Source: Eledone cirrhosa (taxonomy: Eukaryota). Taken from it: a stretch of 64,000 nt of DNA. A model generated the notes under the pieces. The model searched no databases, was not told the DNA's origin, and saw only the letters and a list, made by a program, of their open reading frames with translations. The stretch spans positions 33,666,001-33,730,000 of the forward strand of contig OZ024746.1 of NCBI GenBank assembly GCA_964016885.1. Direction: 5' to 3'. Below are positions 30,086-44,236 of the stretch, piece after piece (position 1 is the first letter of the stretch; every line of letters begins with the position of its first letter). Both the position numbers and the translations under genes were made by a program.

Positions 30086-30439
30086 TACATAGAGATAGAG
30101 AGAGAGAGACAGACAGACAGAGAGAAAGAGGGAGATAGGGGGGGGATATAAAGTTAGATATCGATATATATACATATTAATATGCGGTTGTACACTTTTT
30201 AGAAATATATATATATAAATTATCTTTATTTTCGATGTTGTATATATTTATATACATTGTGCCAAGTAGAGCTACCTGGTGTTACATTGTTGCCAGATCT
30301 GTGACATGTGTATGGACTTTTAACTTACATCTACTAACAAATACAAGACAACTGTTTCAAATTTCGTTAATCTGTCATTAGTGAAACTCAGTACTATGAA
30401 GTTTTTTCGAAATTATCATTTGCTAAAGATGCTCATGTG

Positions 30440-31590
30440 GATATGGCAAATGGAAAATATCAGAAAAATTGTTCATTTTCATATATTATGAACATGGCTG
30501 GATATAATATATTGGGCGTAGCATTAACAGAGAAATCAGTAATGCACAGTGGCATCTCCCTGCTAGATATAGACAACGGCTCCATATCGGAACCATTCCT
30601 GATCACGATCCCAGTTCGTTAAGGACGACTTCTCAGATTCCCTCTGCACGCAGTGACTCTTGGGCTGAAACCCGAGTTATTTCTATACATCCCACTCCAA
30701 CTGGGATGTGGTAGGGCTGCATCTGCATAGGATGACGACATCTTGATGATGTCGAACACCACAGAAATCGAGGTGGTCGGCAACTTCTTACAGGAATACG
30801 AAAGGTTGACGGGAAATAATCTTAACCCGAAACAGTTGGTAGGTTTGCAGTACGGCACCCCGAGAGGCAAATCCAAGGTGGATAAGAACTAGGACGAAGT
30901 AAGGAGCAGTGTGACCATACTCAACAAGAAATTGACTCAGAGGAAGCTATCCATGAAAGGTCGGACGAAAGGTGTCATGTGTGAACGTCCCGTCCGTCAT
31001 CTAATACTCGTTAACGCCTTGCCAAACTGGAACGACCGAGTTCACTTGGGAAATCGCCCCCACAGCTTCTTTTGTTTGGGAAGGGCTGGTAGTTTTTCTG
31101 TCTCTGGGGTCAGGACCGAAATAGTTTTTGCGATGGACTCAGCTGAAAGGATTGAAGACAGTCACTTTCCACTTTGGTCAAGCAATTTTCAAATTGTTTA
31201 AGTTACACTTGGAAAGGATGATGACATTGATGAGAGACGTGCTGCCCCCCCCCCCCCCGGACAATTGTTGAAAGTTGTGTGAATGTAGCGTGGATGGCCC
31301 GATCGAATAGGCCTACTCAGACCGCACATCTGCAGGCTGAAGTATTAAATTATGTGGGGGGTACTCTACTAGCGTGTTCTTGGCGATTAGGTTCGATTAT
31401 GATAGGTGGGTTTTTTAACTCACGCCTGGTGGTACTCTTCTCTATTGGGGGAATTTTATTGTTATCTATTTCGTTGTTTATCATTACCCTTTATCTTTTT
31501 AATTGATTCTTGTAAACCTCCAGTGTCCGTGATTTTGTATTGACCTTCATGTTTCGCCCTAGTGACTAAGAAAGAAATCATTATATTATG
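30440..31590 (+). mobile_element. Highly decayed L1/Tx1-like RT 3' fragment
   Basis: SISEPFLITIPVR*G, SA*DDDI and RKLSMKGR parallel SEPFNIMRSVRQG, SAYAEAV and RKLSLKGR of the 46-kb element. Confidence 0.7.
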
Positions 31591-31794
31591 TTCATAATAA
31601 ACATAATTACACAAACTTAAACTTCTTACATAATACAAGAAGATGGACGTGGTATAAACTTCTATTTTATAATAGTGTAAAATGCTGTGGTCCTCAAGAC
31701 GGCTAATGTTGATGATCATACCAAAATGTGCACAGTTTAACAAAAAAACAAAGGGCGGCCAAAGTTTACTATAAATAAACATATATATTACCAG

Positions 31795-33140
31795 TGGCCA
31801 ATCGGTAGGTGCTAGAGACAGTGGAGATCCTGGCCTTGGGTTCAATCCTGGTCAAGAGGTACATGTAATCTTTTTCACTTTTTATTTTACATCCCATAGA
31901 AAAAAACTTGAAAGGTTTAGCGGAAATCCTACTCCCGACCAGGATGGAACTTCAGACCAAGAGAACCACCGTCTATGATTCCTCCCACTAGGACGCCGCG
32001 TCAGATACAAAATAATAATGGAAATTAATAAACATAAACCTACTTTCAAAATCAAAGTTAAAAAGATGTGGTGTCGTTCTGGCTCTTTGGTAACAACCTA
32101 ATTATTCCTATGTGAGTTTAACTGTTGTATTGATATAATTTGATTGTTTTAACGAACAAATAATTGTTTCTATGTTAGGCACAAGGCCATCAATTACCCA
32201 GTGTTTTACTGGTACTTTATTTTATCGACCCCGTAAGGATGGAAGGCAAAGTTAACCTTGGAGAGATTTGAACTCAGAATGGCAAGAGCCGTAACTCTAT
32301 ACGTCAAAGCATGGCGTCCGACCACCTACCAATACTGTCAATCCACCGCCTATTAACGAACAAATAATGTATATATATATAATGCCAATCATTGTAAGTT
32401 TCAATCTAACATGCAAAAAATAGATATATATATATGAATAAAGTAAGCTCAAATCATAGTAGATTCAAATATCACATAGAGAAAGAGGGAGAGAGAGAGA
32501 GGGAGATAGAGAGATTGAGAAGCTAGTGGCGGTGATGGTGGTGGAGAAATGAGCTGCAACAGAAATGAAACATGGATTACAGGTTAAAATATATTCTAGA
32601 TAGATGAGAAACAAAACGAGGGTGGAACACACAAATTATTTAGAAGTCGATCTCAAGTAAGAGCAATACAATTAAGAAATACATCAAATTTTTGAAAGTA
32701 GATTTATAAGTATGAATTTTCATAAGATGTTTGCAGTTGTGTCATTGGCCAACCGGTAGGTGCCACAGACGGTTGGTTCAATCCTGGTCAAGAGGTATAT
32801 GCAATCTTTTTCTGTTTTTATTTTACATCCCATAGAAAAAAAAAACTGAAAAGGATTACCAAGAACCCTACAAGGAACGAACTTCAGATCAGGATCGCCA
32901 CCGTCCATGATTCCTCCAATTAGGCCGCCGAGATAGCTACAATTATATTATGAAAATTAATAATTATAAACCTACTTTCAAAATCAAACTTAAAAAGATG
33001 TAGTGTCGTTCATGGCTTTCCTAGAGCTATTATTCATATTTAGAGTCGACATGTCAATGTTCTGGCTCTTTGGTAACAACCTTATTATTCCCATGCCTGT
33101 TTAATTAACTGTTGAATTAATTTAATTTGATTATTTTAAT
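31795..33140. repeat. Two diverged direct copies (31795-32150; 32746-33140) of a repeat with convergent tRNA-like halves
   Basis: tggccaa.cggtaggtgc...ggttcaatcctggtcaagaggta...catcccatagaaaaa...aaacctactttcaaaatcaaa shared by both copies. Confidence 0.75.
32165..32350 (-). mobile_element. Full-length tRNA-derived SINE with 16-bp TSD
   Basis: reverse complement ggcggtggattgacagtattgg...gagttcaaatc...gcctt.catccttacggggtcgataaa; TSD ttaacgaacaaataat; absent from the sister repeat copy. Confidence 0.9.
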
Positions 33141-33141
33141 A

Positions 33142-33436
<295 letters not shown>

Positions 33437-34418
33437 TAACGGTATATATTTTATCTGGTGATTCTATAGGCATGTTTTATGATATATAGCTGTGATTATT
33501 TAATTTATTAATTCTTCATTGAGCCACAAAGTGACCCGTTGCAAAACACATATATATCTATGACTTTATATATATATATATATATGTAAACCTTTTATAT
33601 ATATATATATATATATATATAATATGACTCCAAAACAGAATACCGATCTGTTAGCTCTATAGCTAATCAATATTAATCAGTCCTGCTTGCATTTGCATAT
33701 AAGCTTTTGAACTTGAATACGTTTAGATCATATATAGGAAGTTAAAAACATTCAAACCTGGGAAACTCTATCTAAGTAAGCGACAGCTTGTTATGAATTT
33801 TAAGAATAAAATGAATGTATACACCATGTTTACATTTGTACAAGAAGTAGATTGGATATTATCAAAGATTTACCAATTTACAACGAGAAGAAATATATAT
33901 ATAATACAAATACATAACTATATATATAAGAGTCAAAATGGTTTGGAAATGGTGCGAACAAGTGAGGAAAAGGAGACAAATAATCAATCGATAAATAATT
34001 TGCAGAAAAATGAAAATATATACGTTCTGTCAGTAGATGTATGGGTATAAGTGGTGGGAAATGTCATAACAATGTCCAGGATAATCGTCATATGAGTGAT
34101 ACCAAATAGTAAATATAAGGAGAACTCATTGTCATTCGTATATATTATCAATATATCAAAGGTCGTTTAAAGGATTTTAATATAAATATTTCTTGATTGA
34201 TTTATCGTCTATTATACGTTCATTTAAGAATAAAGAGAGATAATCTACGACATCTTGTAATTTATATATATATATTTTCCCACATCTTACGTTAACTATT
34301 TTCCCATTTTGACGCTACAGACACTTATATATTATGGAATACTGTTGGGTTCTTGCTACAATACTTTCTATACCTTTCATTTATATATATATATATAGCA
34401 TAAATATATATATATAAC

Positions 34419-34517
<99 letters not shown>

Positions 34518-34522
34518 CATAT

Positions 34523-34698
34523 AACGAAGGAAGTCTGGTAAGGAACCAGGTAGACCATAACGCACCAGAGTACTCGATAATTTTGGTAGTAGAGTGGGTA
34601 ATAGGACAAGAGTCAGGACCCCGACGGCTGAGCTCCGGCCGTTACGACACATAGCTGTCGAAGTGGCCGGAGGTGTCGTAGGGGTCCTGACTTTTTTC
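34523..34698 (-). mobile_element. Family A mini fold-back PLE end
   Basis: aacgaaggaa...ggaaccagg..gaccataacgcacca..gtactc matches 52593 onward; imperfect palindrome 34604-34698. Confidence 0.85.
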
Positions 34699-34700
34699 AG

Positions 34701-34786
<86 letters not shown>

Positions 34787-34933
34787 GTATATATATGTAT
34801 ATATAATAACCAACTACAAATACAAACACGGTTGAACTGCTTTACGTTGAGTACTCTCTATATTATTGCATTACGATTGACCATACGGAATATACCAGCT
34901 CTATACAGTGGTGAACCTCAAACCTGAATAAAT

Positions 34934-35041
<108 letters not shown>

Positions 35042-35044
35042 GTA

Positions 35045-35120
35045 CGTTATTCCGGGTTGAATCGGAGGTAACCACAGTAAGTAAGGTACTCAATACATTG
35101 CAGATTATACAAGTTTTAAC
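35045..35120 (-). mobile_element. Tail-only copy of the 49612-49767 family
   Basis: cgttattccgggttgaatcggaggtaaccacagtaagtaaggtactcaataca is the reverse complement of 49715-49767; in (TA)n. Confidence 0.85.
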
Positions 35121-36358
35121 ATATATATATATATAGGTAACTTAATCATTGCATGATATAACCCTAATTGATATTATTCTTATCAAAGGTTATCTCAATA
35201 ATTGGAATATCCCTCTATCAGATAATTCATAAATATTTGGCTGACATTTCTAGCATTTTGAGCCACACATAGACTGTTTCAAATACATGGTCGCTACTGT
35301 AATAAGCTAATGAATAAATTATGAAATACATAATGAAAATACATTTTATATTTAAATTCGTAATTCTTTGATTACTTGACCTACAAATACTCAACGTATA
35401 CCTATATATGTTTCTAAGATGAATATGAACTGAAAAAATAGGTTATTGAGCAAAGATAGTTAGAAAGCTAAATGATTATATTCCGTGACAGGAGTTCTAT
35501 AATTGAAATTAAACGTGATTGGAAGTCGCTGGATACATCTGAATGTCAAATATTTCAAGTACCTTAAAGTGACCAATTGTATTATTGCCTTATAAATGAG
35601 GACTACATATATGTTTTTAATTTTCAATATTTCCAAGTCATTCTCGAATTAATTAACTAAAAGCCTGTGTCAAGAGACACTCTTTTAGCAGTGGCCAGAA
35701 CATTCTAAATGTGCCTATAGAAACACACACACACACATGTATACATATATATGAACCTGAAACTAATATAGCTGTAAAACATGCCTTTGTTCTGTTTGTT
35801 TCATTTATTATCTAAATATACATACACAAACACACACACAGACACACACACAACATACATATATATATAAATATATATATATATACATATATAAGGTGTG
35901 TGTGCGTATGCTTTTTTCTATGAATATATATTTATATATATATAGGTGCATGCTATTTTGTGGGTTTCTCTGTTAATTGTTATATGAGTGAGAGTAAGTT
36001 TAAATATATTAAAAATAGGCGATTTTACAGTTGGGAGTTTGAATAACTGCGATGTGTGGTAGCTTGCTTGCCTAGTGTAGTTAATCAGAGAATCATCTAG
36101 TCAACATCAATTTATCTTCGAATTTGGCTTTATAGAGGAACCCATGAGGTTTCCTATTGATAAATCATCATCGTTTGTTAAATGAATAGTATATTCTTAT
36201 AGACTATGCACGTGATAGTTGTTACGAGAGTATTACAAGCCAGATGAAATAAAACAAAAAATAAAACTTCGCAAATTGTTAGAGAGATGTTACATAATTA
36301 CAGACGTACACAGAAACATGTATATGTATATATATATATATATATACATACATATATA

Positions 36359-36454
<96 letters not shown>

Positions 36455-36509
36455 CATCTCTCTCTCTCTCTCTATCTCAGTATATATATATATATATATA
36501 TATATATGT

Positions 36510-37058
36510 AGATAAATCTACCAAAAGTTTACGGTAGTGTCCAATCCGTATGAAGAACTCAATGTAATCCGGATATCATGAAAAGAGAAGATGCATTCAA
36601 AAACTACTTTCGGTGAAAAATAAACGGAAAACAGAGTCAAGATAAATTAATAAAATAATGAATAAACAAAGAAACAGTTCCTTATATTAAAAAAATTCAT
36701 CATTTTACGATCGTTTCTAGGATATATATGTGTTAGAGTTGGTATGCATATTTATAGATCTATGTACAATATTTATACAAACTATCAGAGGGAATATACA
36801 TACCTACACATATATATGCTGTCTTCAGAAATAATGATATTAGTTTATTGAAAAAAACAAAGATTCACAGACCTATTCTATTGAATCTTTGTTTTTTTCA
36901 ATAAACAAATATCATTATTTCTGAAGACAGCATATATATGTGTAGGTATGTATATTCCCTCTGATAGTTTGTATAAATATTGTACATAGATCTATAAATA
37001 TGCATACCAACTCTAACACATATATATCCTAGAAACGATCGTAAAATGATGAATTTTT
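36510..37058 (-). mobile_element. Near-perfect fold-back PLE end (36691-37058) with two complete long-stem-II hammerheads (36698-36836 -, 36913-37051 +)
   Basis: 8-bp stem I cattattt/aaatgatg; CTGAAGA; about 105-nt stem II; GAAA-C-GATC-G-TA. Confidence 0.85.
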
Positions 37059-37072
37059 ATATATATATATAT

Positions 37073-37107
<35 letters not shown>

Positions 37108-39219
37108 TGTAGGGAAAGCAGCACCTCATTTTTTTCTCTTCAATCCCATTCTAAGCGCACCACTACTTTTCACCTAATCAGCGCCTTCGCCTTCCTCTCA
37201 CATATACAAACCAGCGCTCCCTCTCAGATACGCCAACATGAAAACACCTCCGTATCTGCACGTGAACACGCGCACGCATGCACACACTGACCACCTAGGA
37301 AAATCGTCCGTACCACTTCCGTATAGACACACACAATCACACACATACCCGAAAACATGAAACCACACTTTACTAATAACCACATATCCCCGCCAAACAC
37401 ATATACTAACATACACAAGCGCACACAAATGCTTAAGTGCGTACACAAGTATACGAGTGTAAGTGTGTGTAAACATATAGATGTGTGTGCGTGTACATAT
37501 GCATATTCATGTACATATTCGCGCAGAAGTACATACATACCCAGACACACACAAACACTTCCACCAACAACACATTTAATACACCTACACACCACCACCA
37601 AGTATACGTCTGCATACCTCCCCATGACTGTAACACCCGCACACCGGACTTCTAGCCCACCCATCACTACTCCTCCCCCCCCTCCTTTTCATTTTCTTTC
37701 TAATTTTATTTAATTCTTTTTTTACGCTTTTCCTTTTCTGCTTTCTTTTTCTGATGAAAGGCAAGTTCCCGATACGTTGACTGCATAACCTCACGCTCTT
37801 TTTTTAAGCATGAAACTAAAGACTATGTTATACATCCTGTGGTTTGTTAGTTTCTTGTTTTCTTGCAAATTAAGATGAAATATATAAAATGGATATATTT
37901 GTAATAGGTTATTTAAATTAAGTTTATATTTTCTCCAGACAGAGGGACACGTTTATACGTTTTTTGATGAATGAGTCTAATCGTATTGTTAGCTGGAAGA
38001 TTATTGTTTGTTTAGCTGTGTCTGCACATTTGTGTATATGTTGTTTTTATCCAACGTAATCATGCCTATGCTTATAGGATTTTAGCACATTGCATATATA
38101 TTATCTGCTTTATATATTTATATAAACATAAAGATATCTCGTGAATAATCCCACACACAAAACATATCTATGTATATATGCAAGTGTATAAATATATATA
38201 TACATATTATGTGCGTGTATGTGTGTATATATATATATGTATGTATATATATATGTATATATGTATGTATATATGTATATATATATGTATATATGTATGT
38301 ATATATGTGTATGTATATGTATGTATGTACACAGACATATACACACTTATTACAAGCATAAACACACACAAACATGCTCATATAAACAATATAAAAGACT
38401 CACATACACATTCACATTCATAAACAAAAATCCACACCGGAGAAATTGCTTCCATCAAGACACATAACCACACCCATGACACATCAGGACTCTTCACTTT
38501 GGCCCCCACTTCCGAACGTCGGACCACGCACACCTCACCACCGACATTCTTAAAATATTTTTCCAAAGGCCGTTGGTCCAGCCTGTTCTCTCTCTAGCTC
38601 TCACTCACACTAGCCCCCTCACTCTCTGCGATATCTCCGTCTCCTGGAGAAGGACGTACGTTCGAAGCGCCGAACACTCATCACTACCTGCTAAGCGTGA
38701 TACTAAGGTGACTTTGTATGTTTGCAACTCTGTGTTTGAGGTGTCATTTCTTTAATATATATATGAAAAAAAAAAAAATATATATATATATAGTTAAAAA
38801 AGTGAAGCCACATACAACCAATATTAGCTGTAAAACACATGCTAGTCTCGTCAACTTATTATATATATAGATATATATGAAATCTATCGAAACAAATATT
38901 GTTTTACTTGGGAGGGTCATATTGTAATAATGTTGCCAGAAATAATAACAGAACACACTCACTCTTTGGTTGGTTTTAGCTTCTCTATCTTTTATATTTC
39001 AATAGTTAATATATTTGGCAATACATTACAATACAATACAATACAATAGGAGGGAACATGATAATAGTACCACTGATGATGTTGAAGATGTGCAACGAAA
39101 GAACTTTGATAGACTATACATGTATATATTTTTATCTTTATTTTTAACCGTTAATCAATCAATGATAAACGTTGATTGCCAAAAATATTAACTTTGGATA
39201 TATATATATATATATATAA

Positions 39220-39284
<65 letters not shown>

Positions 39285-39327
39285 TATCATATTTATATAT
39301 ATGTATGTATATATATATATATATATA

Positions 39328-39515
<188 letters not shown>

Positions 39516-39668
39516 CATATATTTATGAGCTTTATATCGAATAATGATAACAATCAAACAACCTCATTATGCTATGTTTTTTTTTATCACCAACGTCATC
39601 CGTTCATTCTAGCAGCAGTTGCATTTTTGTGACCCCATTTGTGATAGCGAAAAATCAAGTTCCAACTT

Positions 39669-39779
<111 letters not shown>

Positions 39780-40990
39780 GTGTGTGTGTGCGTGTGTGTG
39801 TGTGCGTGTGTGTGCGTGCGTGCGTGTGTGTGTGTGTGTCTGTATGTTACCAAAATAACAATTGTTCGAAAATATTTCATAATGAATTTTAATTTACATT
39901 GTATCTCTAGAATTATTCTATGTTTCTGTCTCAATGTTTACGTAGTGTAGCAAATTGGCTTTTATGTCTACTTTCCTCTTTCGTTTCATGTGTATTATTC
40001 ACGTTATTGTATTATAAATTCAATCGTATACTTGTAATTCCTCTTTTGTTCTAATGGACATAGAGGAGTTTGTTCAAATTTTATTCTCATCTACCATTGC
40101 TAATGTGTCACACATTCAATCTGCTTCCACGTATTTCAACGTGTCAATGCTCAAGAAGCTTCATATACACTTTCAGTTTTCAAAAGTCACGAAGAGGATG
40201 ATCAAAGATATGGTACAGTAATATCGTACTCAACAAAATTTGTATTTATAACTAATTGTGTAAGTCTACTAGAGGTTGATATTCTAGAGACAGCACTACA
40301 GAAAAAAACATAATTAAATCTTTCTGAGCTAGCACTTAACCTCCTAACAGAAAAGTAGCGGAAATTAGCTTTGCCTTTTTATTTGGTATTGCATACAATC
40401 TATGATTATCATACATTTTATAAAGGATATGTGGAGGTCAGGTGCAGTGGAATTATCTGAGAACGTGAAGAATGATACGCTGAAGAATCACATTCAGTAT
40501 CTATATGATTGGAAAATGTGGAGTGCTAGATAAATATGTGTCAGGCATCTTATAAGGCCAGATTATTGCGTCTTCCGAATAGACAATGTATACCTTCTTT
40601 CAGTAGACCAAAATTTCGCAATTATGTCGAACAGTCGTGTATGGGGGCTTGTTATTGGTTTGTACAAACCGTAAATGTGTGTGTGTTTGTGAACCTAACA
40701 AAGCCATAAGAACCTACGGGCTGATTTACGTGCCGGAGTGACAGTAGGTGTGGATATATAAATGCAAGCGTATTTTTGCAAGAATAAAGACATTGGGGTG
40801 TGGAGTAGAGTCCATTTAGGAAGCTGACCCCAATGCAGGAGATCAGAGGCTCAAGACCAGTGATTGAACTAATATATACTGTGTTTATCAATAAAATTTA
40901 CGTAAGATATTATAGTTTTAATATAGCAGGGCTTCTACAGGACTAGAACTGTTTCATTCGTGAGAAATAATCAGGGACCTCCCTGATGAT

Positions 40991-41497
<507 letters not shown>

Positions 41498-41947
41498 GCA
41501 TATGTTATATACGTTATATATGTTACATATGTTATATATATTACATATGTTATATATGTATATATATATATATTTATTTATATGTATATATGTATATATG
41601 CAAAAGTTCTATTTAAATTGTTGGGATACAACAAGCAAATACTTTTATAACTGATATAAAGCCTCAACAATTATTTGGAGTAAATATACGATATTAACAA
41701 ATGGAAACTATATTTATAAAACCATATTTATTTCATTATACATATTTCTTTCATTATACATATTTCAAGGACACCAAGTTAAATTATGGTGTACTAAATT
41801 ATATAATGCCACCATTACTGTTGTAAGCTTCCGGATAGTCCGGGAGCTTCCAACAGTAATGGTTGCATTTTTTAAGAGTATGTCAATATTTATTTATAAA
41901 ACTGATATATATTATATTTATTTATATTATATTTATTTATAAAACTG

Positions 41948-41985
<38 letters not shown>

Positions 41986-42570
41986 ATGTGTGTGTGTCAT
42001 TACAGCAGCAGAAGACTGAGCTTCTTTTTTCCAGAGGCGACCGGATCATACAGATCGAACCTTGAGCCTATCAATAGCGAAACGCACATCACCAATCAAG
42101 AACCGTAATGACAGATTAACAAATCGTACTTGTATTATTATTATTATTATTATTGATGACCTACGTAGTAAATCGTATCATCGTGAGCTCCGCAAATGTT
42201 TGTTATTTTAAGTTATTTAAAATTGCCATTTATGGAAATTTTTTATTGTTAACTGTATATAAGCGCATATACATTGTTATCTGAAAAGGACAGTAAAAAA
42301 TATTGGGGTCTTGTGCCCAAAATTTAAATATTTATGATTATCAAAAAATTTTTTGGAAACTATCATGGCTGACTCAACTCTGCACCAAGCAGCTGAGAGC
42401 CTTCCTCACAAACTAACACCTCACACTGTCACCACCATTGTAAATATTACTACGTTTGCCAACACTAAAAATATAAGCAGTAGCAATATTTAAAATTTGT
42501 CTCAGGTAGACATTCATTTCCCGCCATTGCCAATGACTGCGGGTGTGATATCGAAACGATATCAGCCAAA

Positions 42571-44190
42571 ATGAATTCTTCCACACCGAACACCACTGAC
42601 GCCACCACCACCACACCTGAAATTAAAATTAACAATAACAAAAATAACGATAACAACAACAATGAAATTAAGAAAACCCCGCTCAGTTTTGCCAGAGTAG
42701 CAAAACAGTGCGAAGCATTTCAGGTAACTCGGGAGGAATTAGAAGAAGCCAAAAAAATGGGTACAGGGTCAGCCTCAAAACACCTAGTAAAATGGAGCAT
42801 CGGCACCTATGCACCGTGTCTTATAGAACAATTAACATAAAGTCGCGCCGAGTGGAACGGGCATCCGAGTCCCAAATCCAAAAAGGTTTGGGACATGTGT
42901 GGGCAAAAAACCCTCACATCAGACGTGGGCAGAAATATGGAACCGTGGACGTGTTCTTTGAAACACCAGAGGAGGCTAGAGAACACTCCATGGCCCCATT
43001 AAGAAGTGACGACTTAACACTCGTCCCACCACCGTGGCCAGAGACTCGTGAAGATCAGGGTGACCCACGTTCCACCGGCCATCGAAATTCCCTGGCTAAT
43101 AGCTGCCGTCTTCGCCGGCATCGAAGCCAACACCAAGATAATCGAAATAGCGAAAGAAAAGCAGGAGAACTGATCCGGATCTGAAATGGAGCTCCTGATC
43201 CAAGCGGACCAAAAAAGCATTGAGGAGATCCTAGAGGCATTAGACCTCACTGACGGCAGCCACCTCACCGTAATCGTCGAGGGCAGAAGGTGTGTCGTTT
43301 GTGGTGAAGGAACCCACCTAAGGGCTTTCTGCCCTCAGGCTAAAATGTTGAGGCCACCTCTCTTACACACCCCAGTGACTCAACCATCAACACCACCAGC
43401 AGCAGAGATGGCAGCAACAACTGTAGCAGCAACAACAGAAGCAACTGTAACAGCAACAAACCCAGCAACAGTAGCAAAACCAACACCACCACCACCCAAC
43501 GCTTCAGATCTAGCACCAGCGCCTACACCATCCACCACGCCACAACTAAAACCAACGCCTGTGGAGGATTTTCCACTCCCCGGCTTATCGCAAGTGGAGA
43601 AGATTGTGACGACGAGGAAACGGTATCAGGAAAAAAAAAAAAAATAATAATCCGAAAAAGAAAAAATTCTCTTCCTTCCCCCTCCAAAAACAAAATACAG
43701 AGGGAAACAAATAAACTATCAAACAAGAAAGTTAGGACAGATATACCACTATCCACACCAGCATCACCAAGCCATCACCACACACACCAACACCATCACC
43801 ATCATTAACCCCAACACCACCATCAACAACACCACAAAAGTCACCAAAAAGCAAAACGGAACCAATCCAACAACAAACGCAAACAAAACAAAACAACCAA
43901 AACGATTCACACTACACAGCATTAAATTTGAACAACAACCAATTATTACACTACATACAACACAACACCAGCATCACAGAAAAAGACTACACAACAACCC
44001 ACACATCACACCACCTCCACATATACAAATCACTCGCACCACACAGAAAACGTACACGACACTAAAACAAAAATTCCCCAAAGACATCGGAGACTTCCGA
44101 CAAACTCTCTCGAGGAGGATTTATAAGGACCTCTTTCCAGAGGAGGCCACAAGCAGTGAAAATAATGGACAAACCATCCCTCCTCTACGA
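42571..44190 (+). pseudogene. LINE ORF1 (gag-like), frameshifted
   Basis: LSFARVAK motif; RRM-like GTVDVFFETPEEA; zinc knuckle CVVCGEGTHLRAFC; Pro/Thr/Lys-rich low-complexity tail. Confidence 0.75.
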
Positions 44191-44236
44191 GAAGTAAGGT
44201 AAGTGGTGTTTCCCATCATTTCCACTCCATTTCAAC

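Noticed and set aside
37745-37790. CTGATGA...cccgatacgtt hammerhead-like word
   Set aside because: GAAA is mutated and there is no convincing stem I or III.
38640-38705. tggagaa-ggac-gtac-gttc-gaag hammerhead-like motif
   Set aside because: Two core mismatches, no NUH site and no stem I.
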